Source of the DNA: an uncultured delta proteobacterium
Lineage (GTDB): Bacteria > Desulfobacterota > Desulfobacteria > Desulfobacterales > Desulfatirhabdiaceae
Assembly (NCBI GenBank): GCA_963789395.1
Contig: CAWBKP010000021.1
Coordinates: 1-64,000, forward strand
DNA: 64,000 nucleotides
Direction: 5' to 3'
Notes under the pieces: generated by a model
Seen by the model: the letters and a program-made list of their open reading frames with translations, nothing else
Database searches by the model: none
What the model was told of the DNA's origin: nothing
Shown here: piece after piece, positions 20,158 through 29,356 of the stretch
Numbering within the stretch: the stretch's first letter is position 1
Layout: the number at the start of each line of letters is the position of its first letter
Position numbers and translations under genes: made by a program

Positions 20158-20607
20158 GTGGCAATAGAAGAAGGGGTTGTGATAAAGGTGGCAGGAGAAA
20201 CTGCCTGGGTTAAAACCCGGCGGGGGAGCGCGTGCGCATCCTGTTCCGCCCGGCACGCCTGTGCATCTCCGGAAGGAGACGGCCAGGAAATGGAAGTTGA
20301 GACCATCAACTTGGCAGGAGCCGCAATCGGCGATCATGTCGTGATCAGCATTGAAAGTGCTGCGCTGTTGAAAGCCTCTTTTCTGCTGTATGTGTTTCCC
20401 ATTGTCTGCATGATCGCAGGGGCCTTTGCTGGAAATGCCGCCGGCCCTTTTTTCAATATGGAGGGTTCAACTGCATCCGTTGTTGCTGCTGCCTGTTTTT
20501 TCGGCATTTCTTTTCTGGTGATCCGCTATAGGGGGGCCCGTATGGCGGACAATCGCCATTACCGGCCCAAAATTATCCGCATTAAAAAATTCCCCGCGGC
20601 CCGTTGA
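20158..20607 (+). CDS. rseC: RseC/MucC family (SoxR-reducing system) membrane protein
   Basis: EEGVV, SACASCSARHAC, GAAIGDHV, LLYVFP and two TM helices. Confidence 0.85.
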   Translation: MAIEEGVVIKVAGETAWVKTRRGSACASCSARHACASPEGDGQEMEVETINLAGAAIGDHVVISIESAALLKASFLLYVFPIVCMIAGAFAGNAAGPFFNMEGSTASVVAAACFFGISFLVIRYRGARMADNRHYRPKIIRIKKFPAAR

Positions 20608-20663
20608 CATCGAATGGTCGGATGGGCTCATATTATATTCTTCTGATGCCATTTTATTAGCTG

Positions 20664-20693
20664 TTGACATCCTGGTGATCGTAAGGCTATATT
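20664..20693 (+). promoter_or_regulatory. Sigma70 promoter of the rpsF operon
   Basis: TTGACA-N18-TATATT. Confidence 0.55.
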
Positions 20694-20751
20694 AATAAAT
20701 TTGAGGAATTTGCAAACTGCCGGAGAGTCCCGGCAGGGTTTGGGGTCCTCG

Positions 20752-20796
20752 TCCTTGCTCTGAATATGGTTTCAGGGCTTAATATCCACAAGGAGG
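20752..20796 (+). promoter_or_regulatory. Putative S6:S18 ribosomal-protein leader
   Basis: TCCTTG pairs with CAAGGA (sequestering the SD); inner stem GCTCTGAA/TTCAGGGC; unpaired CC in the 3' bulge. Confidence 0.55.
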
Positions 20797-20800
20797 TTTT

Positions 20801-21241
20801 ATGAGAAGGTATGAGACAATTGTCATCGTTGATCCGGATGTGCCCGAGGATGAACGCAATTCCCTTTGTGACAAAATCAAGGATGTCATTTTGGAAAAAA
20901 ATGGGTCATTGATTGAACTTGAAGAATGGGGAATTAAACGGCTGGCCTATGAAATTCGAAAAAAAATTAGAGGGTATTATTTCCGCCTCGATTACTGCGG
21001 TACCGGTGTTGCGGTAGATGAACTGGAGCGTTTTTTCCGGATCAATGATCGGTTTTTGAAATTTATGACCATCATGCTGGCTGAAAATGCCGATGTGGAA
21101 AAAATCAAGGAAGAAATCGCCGCTGCCAAAGCTTTGCCTGTCAAGCCCATCGTGGATGACATTTCCGGCGAACCGGACTCGCCATTTGATGAAAGCGCGG
21201 ATTCATCATTTGAAAATAATGAGGAAGAGGAGGAGGAATAA
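20801..21241 (+). CDS. rpsF: 30S ribosomal protein S6
   Basis: [15 protein letters not shown], acidic tail. Confidence 0.97.
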   Translation: MRRYETIVIVDPDVPEDERNSLCDKIKDVILEKNGSLIELEEWGIKRLAYEIRKKIRGYYFRLDYCGTGVAVDELERFFRINDRFLKFMTIMLAENADVEKIKEEIAAAKALPVKPIVDDISGEPDSPFDESADSSFENNEEEEEE

Positions 21242-21243
21242 AC

Positions 21244-21516
21244 ATGGCGCCATACAGTTCAAATAAACGTAAACCCGTCACCCGGAAAAAAAGGGTGTTC
21301 CATCGCCGGAAGATCTGCCGTTTTTGTGCGGATGCCACCATTGTGATTGACTACAAGGATTCAAAGTCGCTTCGATATTTTACAACCGAACGGGGAAAAA
21401 TCATTCCCAGACGTATTTCAGGAACCTGTGCCAAACACCAGCGCCTGCTGACAGAGGCCATCAAGCGTGCCAGAACCATTGCGCTGCTGCCTTTTGTCGG
21501 ATCTGTCGAGATGTGA
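21244..21516 (+). CDS. rpsR: 30S ribosomal protein S18 (Zn-binding form)
   Basis: [28 protein letters not shown]. Confidence 0.98.
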   Translation: MAPYSSNKRKPVTRKKRVFHRRKICRFCADATIVIDYKDSKSLRYFTTERGKIIPRRISGTCAKHQRLLTEAIKRARTIALLPFVGSVEM

Positions 21517-21561
21517 TCCGGGCTTATGCGCCCCGATGCCGTGTAAATGAGGATATGACCT

Positions 21562-22527
21562 GTGTTGTTACCAATGGATGGGGATGTACTGAAAAATATT
21601 GCGGCCGGCGTTGGCTTCACCTGCCTGTTATTTGCCGCTACCCTGTATATTCCCATCATCGGGTTCTTCAGTGTCGTGGTGATTCCGTTGCCGATCTGTT
21701 TTTTCCGCTATAAACTGGGAAGATCCGCAGGGTGGGTGATACTGGCTGCAAGCTGTATTTTGATGGCGATCATGGCTGAAGGCCTTTCATTTGACCTGGC
21801 GCTGTTTGCTCTGCTTCTGGTGCTGGGTTTTGTGCTTGGAGAGATGCTGGCGGAGAACACCTCTGTTGAAAAGGCGGTTCTGTATCCCTGTCTGTCGGTT
21901 ATCGCTTCCGGCATCGCCCTGGCACTGTTTTACAGCGCCTTCAGCCAGACGGCGCTCAGCGGACTTGTCAATCTTTATGTCAGGCAGAATCTGGAATTGA
22001 CGCTGGAACTCTACCAGCAGATGTCGATGCCTGAGGAAACCCTTCAGACCCTGTCACGGTCGCTGGAGACCATTCAATACGTGCTGGTTCGGATTATTCC
22101 CGGGATGGCCGTCATGTCCGCCATTTTTGTTACCTGGGTCAATCTGCTGATGGCAATATCGCTGGTCAGATTCAGGGGGCTTAAAACGCCGGATTTCGGC
22201 AGCCTGACCCGATGGCGGTCTCCTGAAATTCTGGTCTGGGTCGTGATTGCCGGAGGCCTGCTGCTGCTGATACCGGTAAAATCCCTGAAGATACTCGGGT
22301 TGAATGTCGTGATCGCCTTGATCATGATTTATTTCATTCAGGGGATTTCCATTGTTTCGTTTTATTTTGACAAAAGAAAGTTTCCGCGAATTTTACGCGG
22401 CGTGCTGTATGGCCTTATCGGCGTGCAGCAACTGTTTTCCATGCTGGTTATCGGCCTGGGTTTTTTCGATTTATGGGTCGATTTTAGAAAAATTAATACA
22501 AACGCTAAGCTGAACAGCGAATCATAA
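21562..22527 (+). CDS. YybS/DUF2232 membrane protein
   Basis: Polytopic membrane protein ending GFFDLWVDFRK; located between rpsR and rplI. Confidence 0.85.
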   Translation: MLLPMDGDVLKNIAAGVGFTCLLFAATLYIPIIGFFSVVVIPLPICFFRYKLGRSAGWVILAASCILMAIMAEGLSFDLALFALLLVLGFVLGEMLAENTSVEKAVLYPCLSVIASGIALALFYSAFSQTALSGLVNLYVRQNLELTLELYQQMSMPEETLQTLSRSLETIQYVLVRIIPGMAVMSAIFVTWVNLLMAISLVRFRGLKTPDFGSLTRWRSPEILVWVVIAGGLLLLIPVKSLKILGLNVVIALIMIYFIQGISIVSFYFDKRKFPRILRGVLYGLIGVQQLFSMLVIGLGFFDLWVDFRKINTNAKLNSES

Positions 22528-22592
22528 GCTCTGCCGGGTGCGGCCGGGCCCTGTGATTTGCAAAACAGCGCTGGTGATATGTGGAGGATACT

Positions 22593-23036
22593 ATGAAAGT
22601 CATTTTAACTGAAACCATCGAATCTCTGGGCATCATCGGCAGTGAAGTCAAAGTTGCCGATGGATATGCGCGCAATTATCTGCTGCCCCAGAAAAAGGCT
22701 GTTGTGGCCAGTCCGCAAAACCACAAGCTCTTTCTACAGCAGAAGGTCCGGGTCGATCTCCAAATTGCCAAGGAAAAAGGCATTGCTGAAGAAATGGCCA
22801 AAAAACTGGAAGGTGTCGTTTGCACCATTGCTGCCAGGGTGAGTGATGAAAACCGTCTCTACGGCTCCATTACGACGCGCGATATTATTGACGCGCTGGC
22901 TGCCAAGGAAATCATCGTGGAAAAGAAAATGGTCCTGATGAAAGAGCCCATTAAAACGCTTGGCGAATTTCGAATTCCGATCCGCGTCTACAAAGGGGTG
23001 GAACCCGAAATCACGATTGAAATCGTATCTGACTAA
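22593..23036 (+). CDS. rplI: 50S ribosomal protein L9
   Basis: MKVIL, VADGYARNYLLP, RLYGSIT. Confidence 0.97.
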   Translation: MKVILTETIESLGIIGSEVKVADGYARNYLLPQKKAVVASPQNHKLFLQQKVRVDLQIAKEKGIAEEMAKKLEGVVCTIAARVSDENRLYGSITTRDIIDALAAKEIIVEKKMVLMKEPIKTLGEFRIPIRVYKGVEPEITIEIVSD

Positions 23037-23059
23037 ATTCAGTTGAATCATGTCAGGTT

Positions 23060-23120
23060 AAAAGGTTGAGAAGGGTTGAGAAAAAATGCAACCTTCTCAA
23101 CCTTTTCAATTTCTTCAACC
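23060..23120. repeat. Short direct and inverted repeat hairpin between rplI and dnaB
   Basis: AAAAGGTTGAGAAGGGTTGAG ... CAACCTTCTCAACCTTTT...TTCAACC. Confidence 0.6.
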
Positions 23121-23140
23121 ATACACTCCGGTTCTCCCTT

Positions 23141-24493
23141 ATGAAATCCCAACAAGACCCATCTCTTTACCATCTGCCTCCCCACAGTCTCGAAGCTGAA
23201 GAAGCCATTATCAGCGCCATTCTTCACGACAACAGCACGCTGATGGACATTGTTGAAATCCTGGCTGCGGATGATTTTTATCGCTCCGCCCATCAGCGGA
23301 TATATGCAACCATGCTGGAGCTCTTCGGCAAGGGAGAGCCTGTTGATCTGGTGACGCTGACCAATGCGCTGAAAGCCAGAGGGCACCTTGAGACCGTGGG
23401 CGGCGTGTCCAGTATCGTGCAGATTCTGGAATCGGTCCCTGTTGCCGTCAATGCCGTTCATTATGCCAGAATTATACACGATAAGGGCTGTTTGCGCCGG
23501 CTCATTGAAAAAGCAAATCATATCGTCAAACGGTGTTTTGAAGATCAGGGAGAGGTCGACGATGTCCTGGATTTTGCGGAAGCCGCCATTTTCGAGATTT
23601 CCGAAAACAAGGTCAAGCCGGCCTTCAATCACATCGGCGACTTGATTGATAATAATATCAGCAAGCTGGAAGAACGCCAGGGCAATAAAACATTACTGAC
23701 CGGCATACCCTCCGGGTTTACCGGGCTGGATCATTTGACATCCGGGTTTCAGCGTTCGGATCTAGTCATACTGGCGGCGCGTCCAAGTATGGGAAAAACG
23801 GCTCTGGCCCTGAATATCGTTCGAAATGCCGCTGTGGACCACAATGTTCCCTGCGCCATATTCTCACTGGAAATGTCCAAGGAGCAGCTTTCCATGCGGA
23901 TGCTGTGTGCCGAGGCCAGAATCGATTCAGTCAGGCTGCGCGATGGCTTTTTCAGCGATGATGACTGGAACCGGCTCACGAACGCTGCCGATGTCCTGTC
24001 CCTTGCGCCGATTTTCATTGACGACTCACCGGAAATATCCTCCATGACCATTCGGGCAAAGGCCAGAAGAATGAAAATGGAAAAAAATCTGGGCATGATT
24101 GTCATCGATTATCTTCAGCTCATGAAAAGCTCGATATCCAATGATCGCAGGGATCTGGAAATCTCCGAGATATCCAGATCCCTGAAATCACTTGCCAGGG
24201 AACTGGACCTGCCCATTCTGGCGCTGTCCCAGCTGAACCGCAAGCTGGAAGAGCGCAGCGACAAGCGTCCCCAGCTGTCGGATCTGCGGGAATCCGGCGC
24301 ACTGGAGCAGGATGCCGATGTGGTCACCTTTATTTACCGGGATGAAGTATACAACCGGGATGAAAACAATCCGAACCGGGGAAAGGCCGAAATTATCGTG
24401 GCCAAACACCGAAACGGACCCACGGGCCTTGCGCCGCTCACCTTTCTGAAATCCTATACCCGTTTTGAAAATCCGGCCCCGGAAAGCAGATGA
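23141..24493 (+). CDS. dnaB: Replicative DNA helicase
   Basis: LPPHSLEAE, AARPSMGKT, IDYLQL, DLRESGALEQDAD, AKHRNGPTG. Confidence 0.98.
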   Translation: MKSQQDPSLYHLPPHSLEAEEAIISAILHDNSTLMDIVEILAADDFYRSAHQRIYATMLELFGKGEPVDLVTLTNALKARGHLETVGGVSSIVQILESVPVAVNAVHYARIIHDKGCLRRLIEKANHIVKRCFEDQGEVDDVLDFAEAAIFEISENKVKPAFNHIGDLIDNNISKLEERQGNKTLLTGIPSGFTGLDHLTSGFQRSDLVILAARPSMGKTALALNIVRNAAVDHNVPCAIFSLEMSKEQLSMRMLCAEARIDSVRLRDGFFSDDDWNRLTNAADVLSLAPIFIDDSPEISSMTIRAKARRMKMEKNLGMIVIDYLQLMKSSISNDRRDLEISEISRSLKSLARELDLPILALSQLNRKLEERSDKRPQLSDLRESGALEQDADVVTFIYRDEVYNRDENNPNRGKAEIIVAKHRNGPTGLAPLTFLKSYTRFENPAPESR

Positions 24494-26136
24494 AAAAGCT
24501 CCACGGCAATATCTCCGGCTTAAAAGCCAGCCAGATAGCCGGTCTCCAGGATATCTACGACAGGCGGATTTCTCCGCAGTATCTGGTTTCCCCTGAAATT
24601 GCGGAGTCGGTCTGCCGCTTTTCCCACGAAATCCGGCGACAGATCGGAATTCTGGTCAACCGGCAGGGCAAGGTCACATCGGTCATTGTCGGGGATTATC
24701 ACGGCATTGTCCTTCCGGATATCAGCCAGTACCGCAGTGCACCGGACCGGCTCAAGGGTATCCGCTGCATCCATACCCATTTGAAGGCTGAGCCCCTTTC
24801 CCGGGATGACTTGACGGATCTGTCGCTGCTTCGCCTGGATATCATGGCCGTACTGACCCTGACACCGGAGGGAAAGCCCCTGGATGTCATGGCAGCGCAC
24901 ATTCTGCCATCGGCATCCGCGGCTGCGCCATATCGGATTCTGCCGACATTTCCGGCCGACCGGCTGGATATGGGCTGCCTGAACCTGATTCAGGCCATTG
25001 AAACTGAGCTGGGACAGGTCAGCAGTGCACAAGAATCCAAAACCGGTTCCATGAAGGGGCAGGAAAGAGCGCTTCTGGTCAGTGTTTCGACCGAAGCTCG
25101 AAAGGCCGCAATGGATTCCTTGAGTGAACTTGAAGAACTTGCCGCCTCCAGCGGCATATTCGTCGTGGATATCGTATTCCAGCACCGCAGGCAGGCGGAT
25201 CCGCGGTTTCTGATGGGCATCGGAAAACTTCAGGAAATTGCGCTGCTGGCCATCCAAAAAGGGGCGGATCTCATCATTTTCGATCAGGAGCTCAATCCGT
25301 CGCAGATCCGCTCCATTGCCGATCAGATTGAGATAAAAGTCATTGACCGGACCCAGCTCATTCTGGATATTTTTGCACAGCGGGCCCAGTCCCGTGAAGG
25401 CAAGCTTCAGGTGGAGCTGGCCCAGCTGAAATATCTGCTGCCGCGGCTGGTGACAAAAAATACCGCCATGTCCCGATTGACCGGCGGCATCGGCGGCAGG
25501 GGGCCTGGCGAAACCAAGCTGGAGATCAACCGGAGGCGGGCCAGAGATCGCATTGTCCGTCTGGAAAAGGCATTGACCGAAGTGGTGCAGCAGCGCGGCC
25601 AGCAAAAAGCCAGACGCCGCAAGCAGGGCCTGCCGGTGATATCGATTATCGGCTATACAAATGCCGGTAAATCAACACTCTTAAATACCCTGACCCAGAG
25701 CCAGGTCCTTGCGGAACAGCGGCTTTTTGCAACGCTTGATCCTTCCAGCCGCAGGCTCAGGTTCCCTAAGGATATCGATGTGATTATCACCGATACCGTC
25801 GGATTCATCAAGAATCTTCCCAAGGACTTGCAGGTCGCCTTTCGTGCCACGCTTGAAGAGCTTGAGACCGCCGATTTGTTGCTGCACGTGATTGATATCA
25901 GCAACCCCCGCTGCGAGGATCAGATCCAATCGGTCGAGGCGATTCTGGAAAGCCTGAAACTGAATCAAATCCCCTGCCTGCGGGTGCTCAACAAACAGGA
26001 TGCGCTGGAACAAGCCGAGGTTGAGCGGTGTTTGAATTATTACGGCGGCATTGCCGTTTCCGCGACCAACAAAGCCACGCTGCTGCCGCTGATTGAAGCC
26101 ATGGCCGAGGCCATTGAACTGCGACAAAAAGATTGA
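24490..26136 (+). CDS. hflX: GTPase HflX (long form with N-terminal extension)
   Basis: GYTNAGKSTL, LFATLD, DTVGFI, NKQD, GPGETKLE. Confidence 0.96.
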   Translation: MKKLHGNISGLKASQIAGLQDIYDRRISPQYLVSPEIAESVCRFSHEIRRQIGILVNRQGKVTSVIVGDYHGIVLPDISQYRSAPDRLKGIRCIHTHLKAEPLSRDDLTDLSLLRLDIMAVLTLTPEGKPLDVMAAHILPSASAAAPYRILPTFPADRLDMGCLNLIQAIETELGQVSSAQESKTGSMKGQERALLVSVSTEARKAAMDSLSELEELAASSGIFVVDIVFQHRRQADPRFLMGIGKLQEIALLAIQKGADLIIFDQELNPSQIRSIADQIEIKVIDRTQLILDIFAQRAQSREGKLQVELAQLKYLLPRLVTKNTAMSRLTGGIGGRGPGETKLEINRRRARDRIVRLEKALTEVVQQRGQQKARRRKQGLPVISIIGYTNAGKSTLLNTLTQSQVLAEQRLFATLDPSSRRLRFPKDIDVIITDTVGFIKNLPKDLQVAFRATLEELETADLLLHVIDISNPRCEDQIQSVEAILESLKLNQIPCLRVLNKQDALEQAEVERCLNYYGGIAVSATNKATLLPLIEAMAEAIELRQKD

Positions 26137-26173
26137 CATCCGCTGTAAAGGGCATATAAGCGAAACAGACGCT

Positions 26174-26956
26174 ATGAATATTGAACGCATCAAAACGGTT
26201 GGAATCGGTGCTGCCTACAGCGGCGGCCGGATTCTCCGCGATTTTCTGGGAAAAATCAAAACTCCGGAGCATAAGGGCGCCATTGATCTTGTCACCGAAG
26301 CGGATCTGGGATCGGAAAAAGCCATTATCGCATCGATCCGCAAGGTTTTTCCGGATCATGCCATACTGGCTGAAGAAAGCGGAACAAGCGGCGAAAATCA
26401 GGGGAGCCGATGGATTATCGACCCCCTGGATGGGACCACCAATTACACCCATCAACTTGGATTGTTCGGGGTTTCCATTGCATTTGAAATGGAAGGCGAT
26501 GTCACTGTTGGCATTGTCCTGAATCCGGTTACCGGCGAATTGTTTACGGCGGCAGCAGGTCAGGGTGCCCAGCTTAACGGCAGGCCCATTCGTGTTTCCG
26601 AAACCGGCCTGGTTTCGGAAAGCCTTCTGGTTACCGGATTTCCCTATAATTTCAGTGAAATTTTTCAAGAAGTGATGATGCGGTTTTCAAACTGCCAGAG
26701 GGCTTCGCAAGGAGTCCGGCGGCTGGGTTCGGCATCTCTGGATCTTTGCTTTCTGGCCTGCGGGCGTTTTGAGGGATTCTGGGAGCAGAACCTCAAGCCC
26801 TGGGATACGGCAGCCGGGTATCTGATTGCCAAAGAAGCCGGGGCGCACATCACGGATTTTTCCAATCGGGCGTTTTCCATTTACGGCAGCCAGATCCTTG
26901 CAACCAATGGCAGGATTCACAGGGAAATGATAGAACTCTTAAAGGAAGCGGCATGA
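26174..26956 (+). CDS. suhB: Inositol monophosphatase family (SuhB)
   Basis: DLVTEAD, WIIDPLDGTTNY, WDTAAG. Confidence 0.93.
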   Translation: MNIERIKTVGIGAAYSGGRILRDFLGKIKTPEHKGAIDLVTEADLGSEKAIIASIRKVFPDHAILAEESGTSGENQGSRWIIDPLDGTTNYTHQLGLFGVSIAFEMEGDVTVGIVLNPVTGELFTAAAGQGAQLNGRPIRVSETGLVSESLLVTGFPYNFSEIFQEVMMRFSNCQRASQGVRRLGSASLDLCFLACGRFEGFWEQNLKPWDTAAGYLIAKEAGAHITDFSNRAFSIYGSQILATNGRIHREMIELLKEAA

Positions 26957-27153
26957 AAGAAAAGAAGGCGGTTCGTGTACGAGTGCAGGACGATGATATA
27001 GGGTGTATCGGCGATTATGATGGCAAAGACCGCATGTGTTTTAAGTTTTGTGCGCTCAGATTGCGCTGTGCCATTGAAAGCAGTCACCACATCCAGGCTG
27101 AAATCCTGGAAGAATTGATGTATTCAGAAACATTTTCCGAAAAAAATCAGTAG
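26953..27153 (+). CDS. Small Cys-containing hypothetical protein
   Basis: ATGA-coupled to suhB; C-x10-C-x3-C-x5-C. Confidence 0.6.
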   Translation: MKEKKAVRVRVQDDDIGCIGDYDGKDRMCFKFCALRLRCAIESSHHIQAEILEELMYSETFSEKNQ

Positions 27154-27230
27154 CAGCCGCACATTCTTCTCCCCGTCCGATTTGATCCAGAATCAGGCAG
27201 TTGCCCAGCGATTGGTTTTCCCGGTATCAG

Positions 27231-28571
27231 TTATATCCCCGCTTCGAGTTTGGCGCAAAGGTATTCGATCTGTTTCTGAAGGGAACGGTTGTCCCGGATT
27301 CCTTTTTCAACGGCGCCGATGGAATGCAGTGCCGTTGCATGGTAACGGTTAAAGCATTTGCCGATGGCTTGAAGGGGCGAGTCGGTATAGCGCCGGGATA
27401 AATACATCGCAATCTGTCTGGGCCTTACCAGGGCCTGTTTGCGGGAAGCAGAGACCATGTCATTAGGGGAAATGTTGAATTCCTTGCAGACCAGCTTTTT
27501 AATGCTGTCGATCGTGATGAGTTTGCGCTGGCGGGCAATGTTTTTAATCACGCTTTCCGCAAGCGCCATATCAATCGGGGCGCCCAAAAGAGAAGATTTG
27601 GCGGTAATGCCGATCAAACCGCTTTCCAATTGGCGCACATCTTCTGTAAGTTCACCTGCCAAATACTGCGTAATGTTTTCCGGTATATGAATGCCATTGG
27701 CCATTGCCTTTTTTTGAAGAATTCTGACCCGTGTTCTGAAATTGGGCGGGTCGATGGCGGATATCAATCCACTGGACAGTCTTGAGCGCAGTTTGTCATT
27801 CAACTTGGGAATGTCTCCGGGAAGATAGGAACTGGAAAATATGATTTTTTTCCCGGAATCACACAGGGTATCCAGTGTCATGGCCAGTTCGACCTGCGTG
27901 CGTTCCTTGCCGCTGAGATAATGGACATCATCCAGCAGCAGGACATTGCAGCCGGTTCGATATTTTTTCTTGAACTGGTCGATGGCGTCATGCTGATAGG
28001 CCGAAACCATTTCATTGGAAAAATCTTCGGCAGTAATATAATATACTTTTTCCGCCGGATTTTCCGTCAAAATATGGTTGCCGACGGCCTGTGTCAGGTG
28101 GCTTTTCCCCATACCGGTTTTAGAAAGCAAAAACAGGGAATGCTGCTGGGTTTTCTTTCGGGATGCCAGGGCCAGGGACGCGGAATAGGCAAAATCATTG
28201 TTGCCGCCGACCACAAACTGATCAAATGTATAATCTCTTCTTAAAAACCGGCCGCTTGAAGGCTGGGCCTCGGCATGGGGGAAAAGCGGTTGTTGATAAC
28301 TGATATCCGGTTGACTGTGACAGACAGCCCGCTTTTCAGATATTTCCACAACAATCTGATATGAGTTGCCAGAAATCTTCTGCATTTCCGACACGATCAG
28401 ATCGCTGTAATACTCGAGCACCCGTTTTTTTGAAAACAGGTTCGGGCAGGAAAGCACCATGATGCCACTATTCTCATGCTTAAATTCAACCGGCTCAATC
28501 CACATTCGGTAACTGTGACCGGGGATGCGGGTCTTAATAACGGCCTTGGTTTTGTTCCAGATGGATTCCAT
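27231..28571 (-). CDS. dnaA: Chromosomal replication initiator DnaA (probable second, divergent paralog)
   Basis: WIEP (domain I), YTFDQFVVG, SKTGMGKSHL, LLLDDVH, VRQLES, PRQIAMYL...YHATALH. No dnaN adjacent. Confidence 0.92.
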   Translation of the reverse strand: MESIWNKTKAVIKTRIPGHSYRMWIEPVEFKHENSGIMVLSCPNLFSKKRVLEYYSDLIVSEMQKISGNSYQIVVEISEKRAVCHSQPDISYQQPLFPHAEAQPSSGRFLRRDYTFDQFVVGGNNDFAYSASLALASRKKTQQHSLFLLSKTGMGKSHLTQAVGNHILTENPAEKVYYITAEDFSNEMVSAYQHDAIDQFKKKYRTGCNVLLLDDVHYLSGKERTQVELAMTLDTLCDSGKKIIFSSSYLPGDIPKLNDKLRSRLSSGLISAIDPPNFRTRVRILQKKAMANGIHIPENITQYLAGELTEDVRQLESGLIGITAKSSLLGAPIDMALAESVIKNIARQRKLITIDSIKKLVCKEFNISPNDMVSASRKQALVRPRQIAMYLSRRYTDSPLQAIGKCFNRYHATALHSIGAVEKGIRDNRSLQKQIEYLCAKLEAGI

Positions 28572-29356
28572 AATGGTGTCGCCTGTTCGAAATAAATTGT
28601 GCGTTGCGAATCGGAGTGAAATAAAATCAACAATAGACTGAAATAAATGATCACAGCCTGTTGACCACAAAGAAATGCATGTGGAAACCAGGGGTTTGAT
28701 GAATATCGGATACGTTGAGGCAAAGCCTTGCGTCACTTGCCGGATCAACCTGGATGGTTTCTTCAAGTGAGTCTGTTTTTGCATACGCGCCCAGGTAGAG
28801 TCAAGCGGCATAAATCGGAGTTTGGATAGGGTGGTAATAAAATTGAGATCACATTATAACAATTTGATATAACATATTAATAATGATTTGCGGTGAACAA
28901 CTATCCAGAAATACAGCTTATTGAAAACCCGTTTTTTTATCAAAGATTTTAAGGTGATCTCCGGTTATAAACAAGTTGTGAACAAGGCGCCCGGATTCAA
29001 CAAACACTGAATATCTTCAATTTTCGTTGAATTGCTGTGAAATTCAGCAAAATGGATTGGTCACTTAGCCCGAATTCGAGTATCATGCGGAAATAAAAGA
29101 TAAATTGATTCAGACGATAAATCCGGCCACCGCAGCCTGGATTATTCCGCCTTCTGAATGATAATTTCCTTGACACATATTGAATTATTTGGCAAAGATC
29201 GAAATTCAAGCAAAAAGGCTGCTTCAGAATGTGCATTTTATTCTGTCATCATCCTGCCATGAATGATGGGCGAATTTACTGCGGCGAAACCATCATATCA
29301 TGGTTTGTTTGCGTTGTGGACACCCTTTAATTACCGAGAAGAACAGGAAGACAAAT

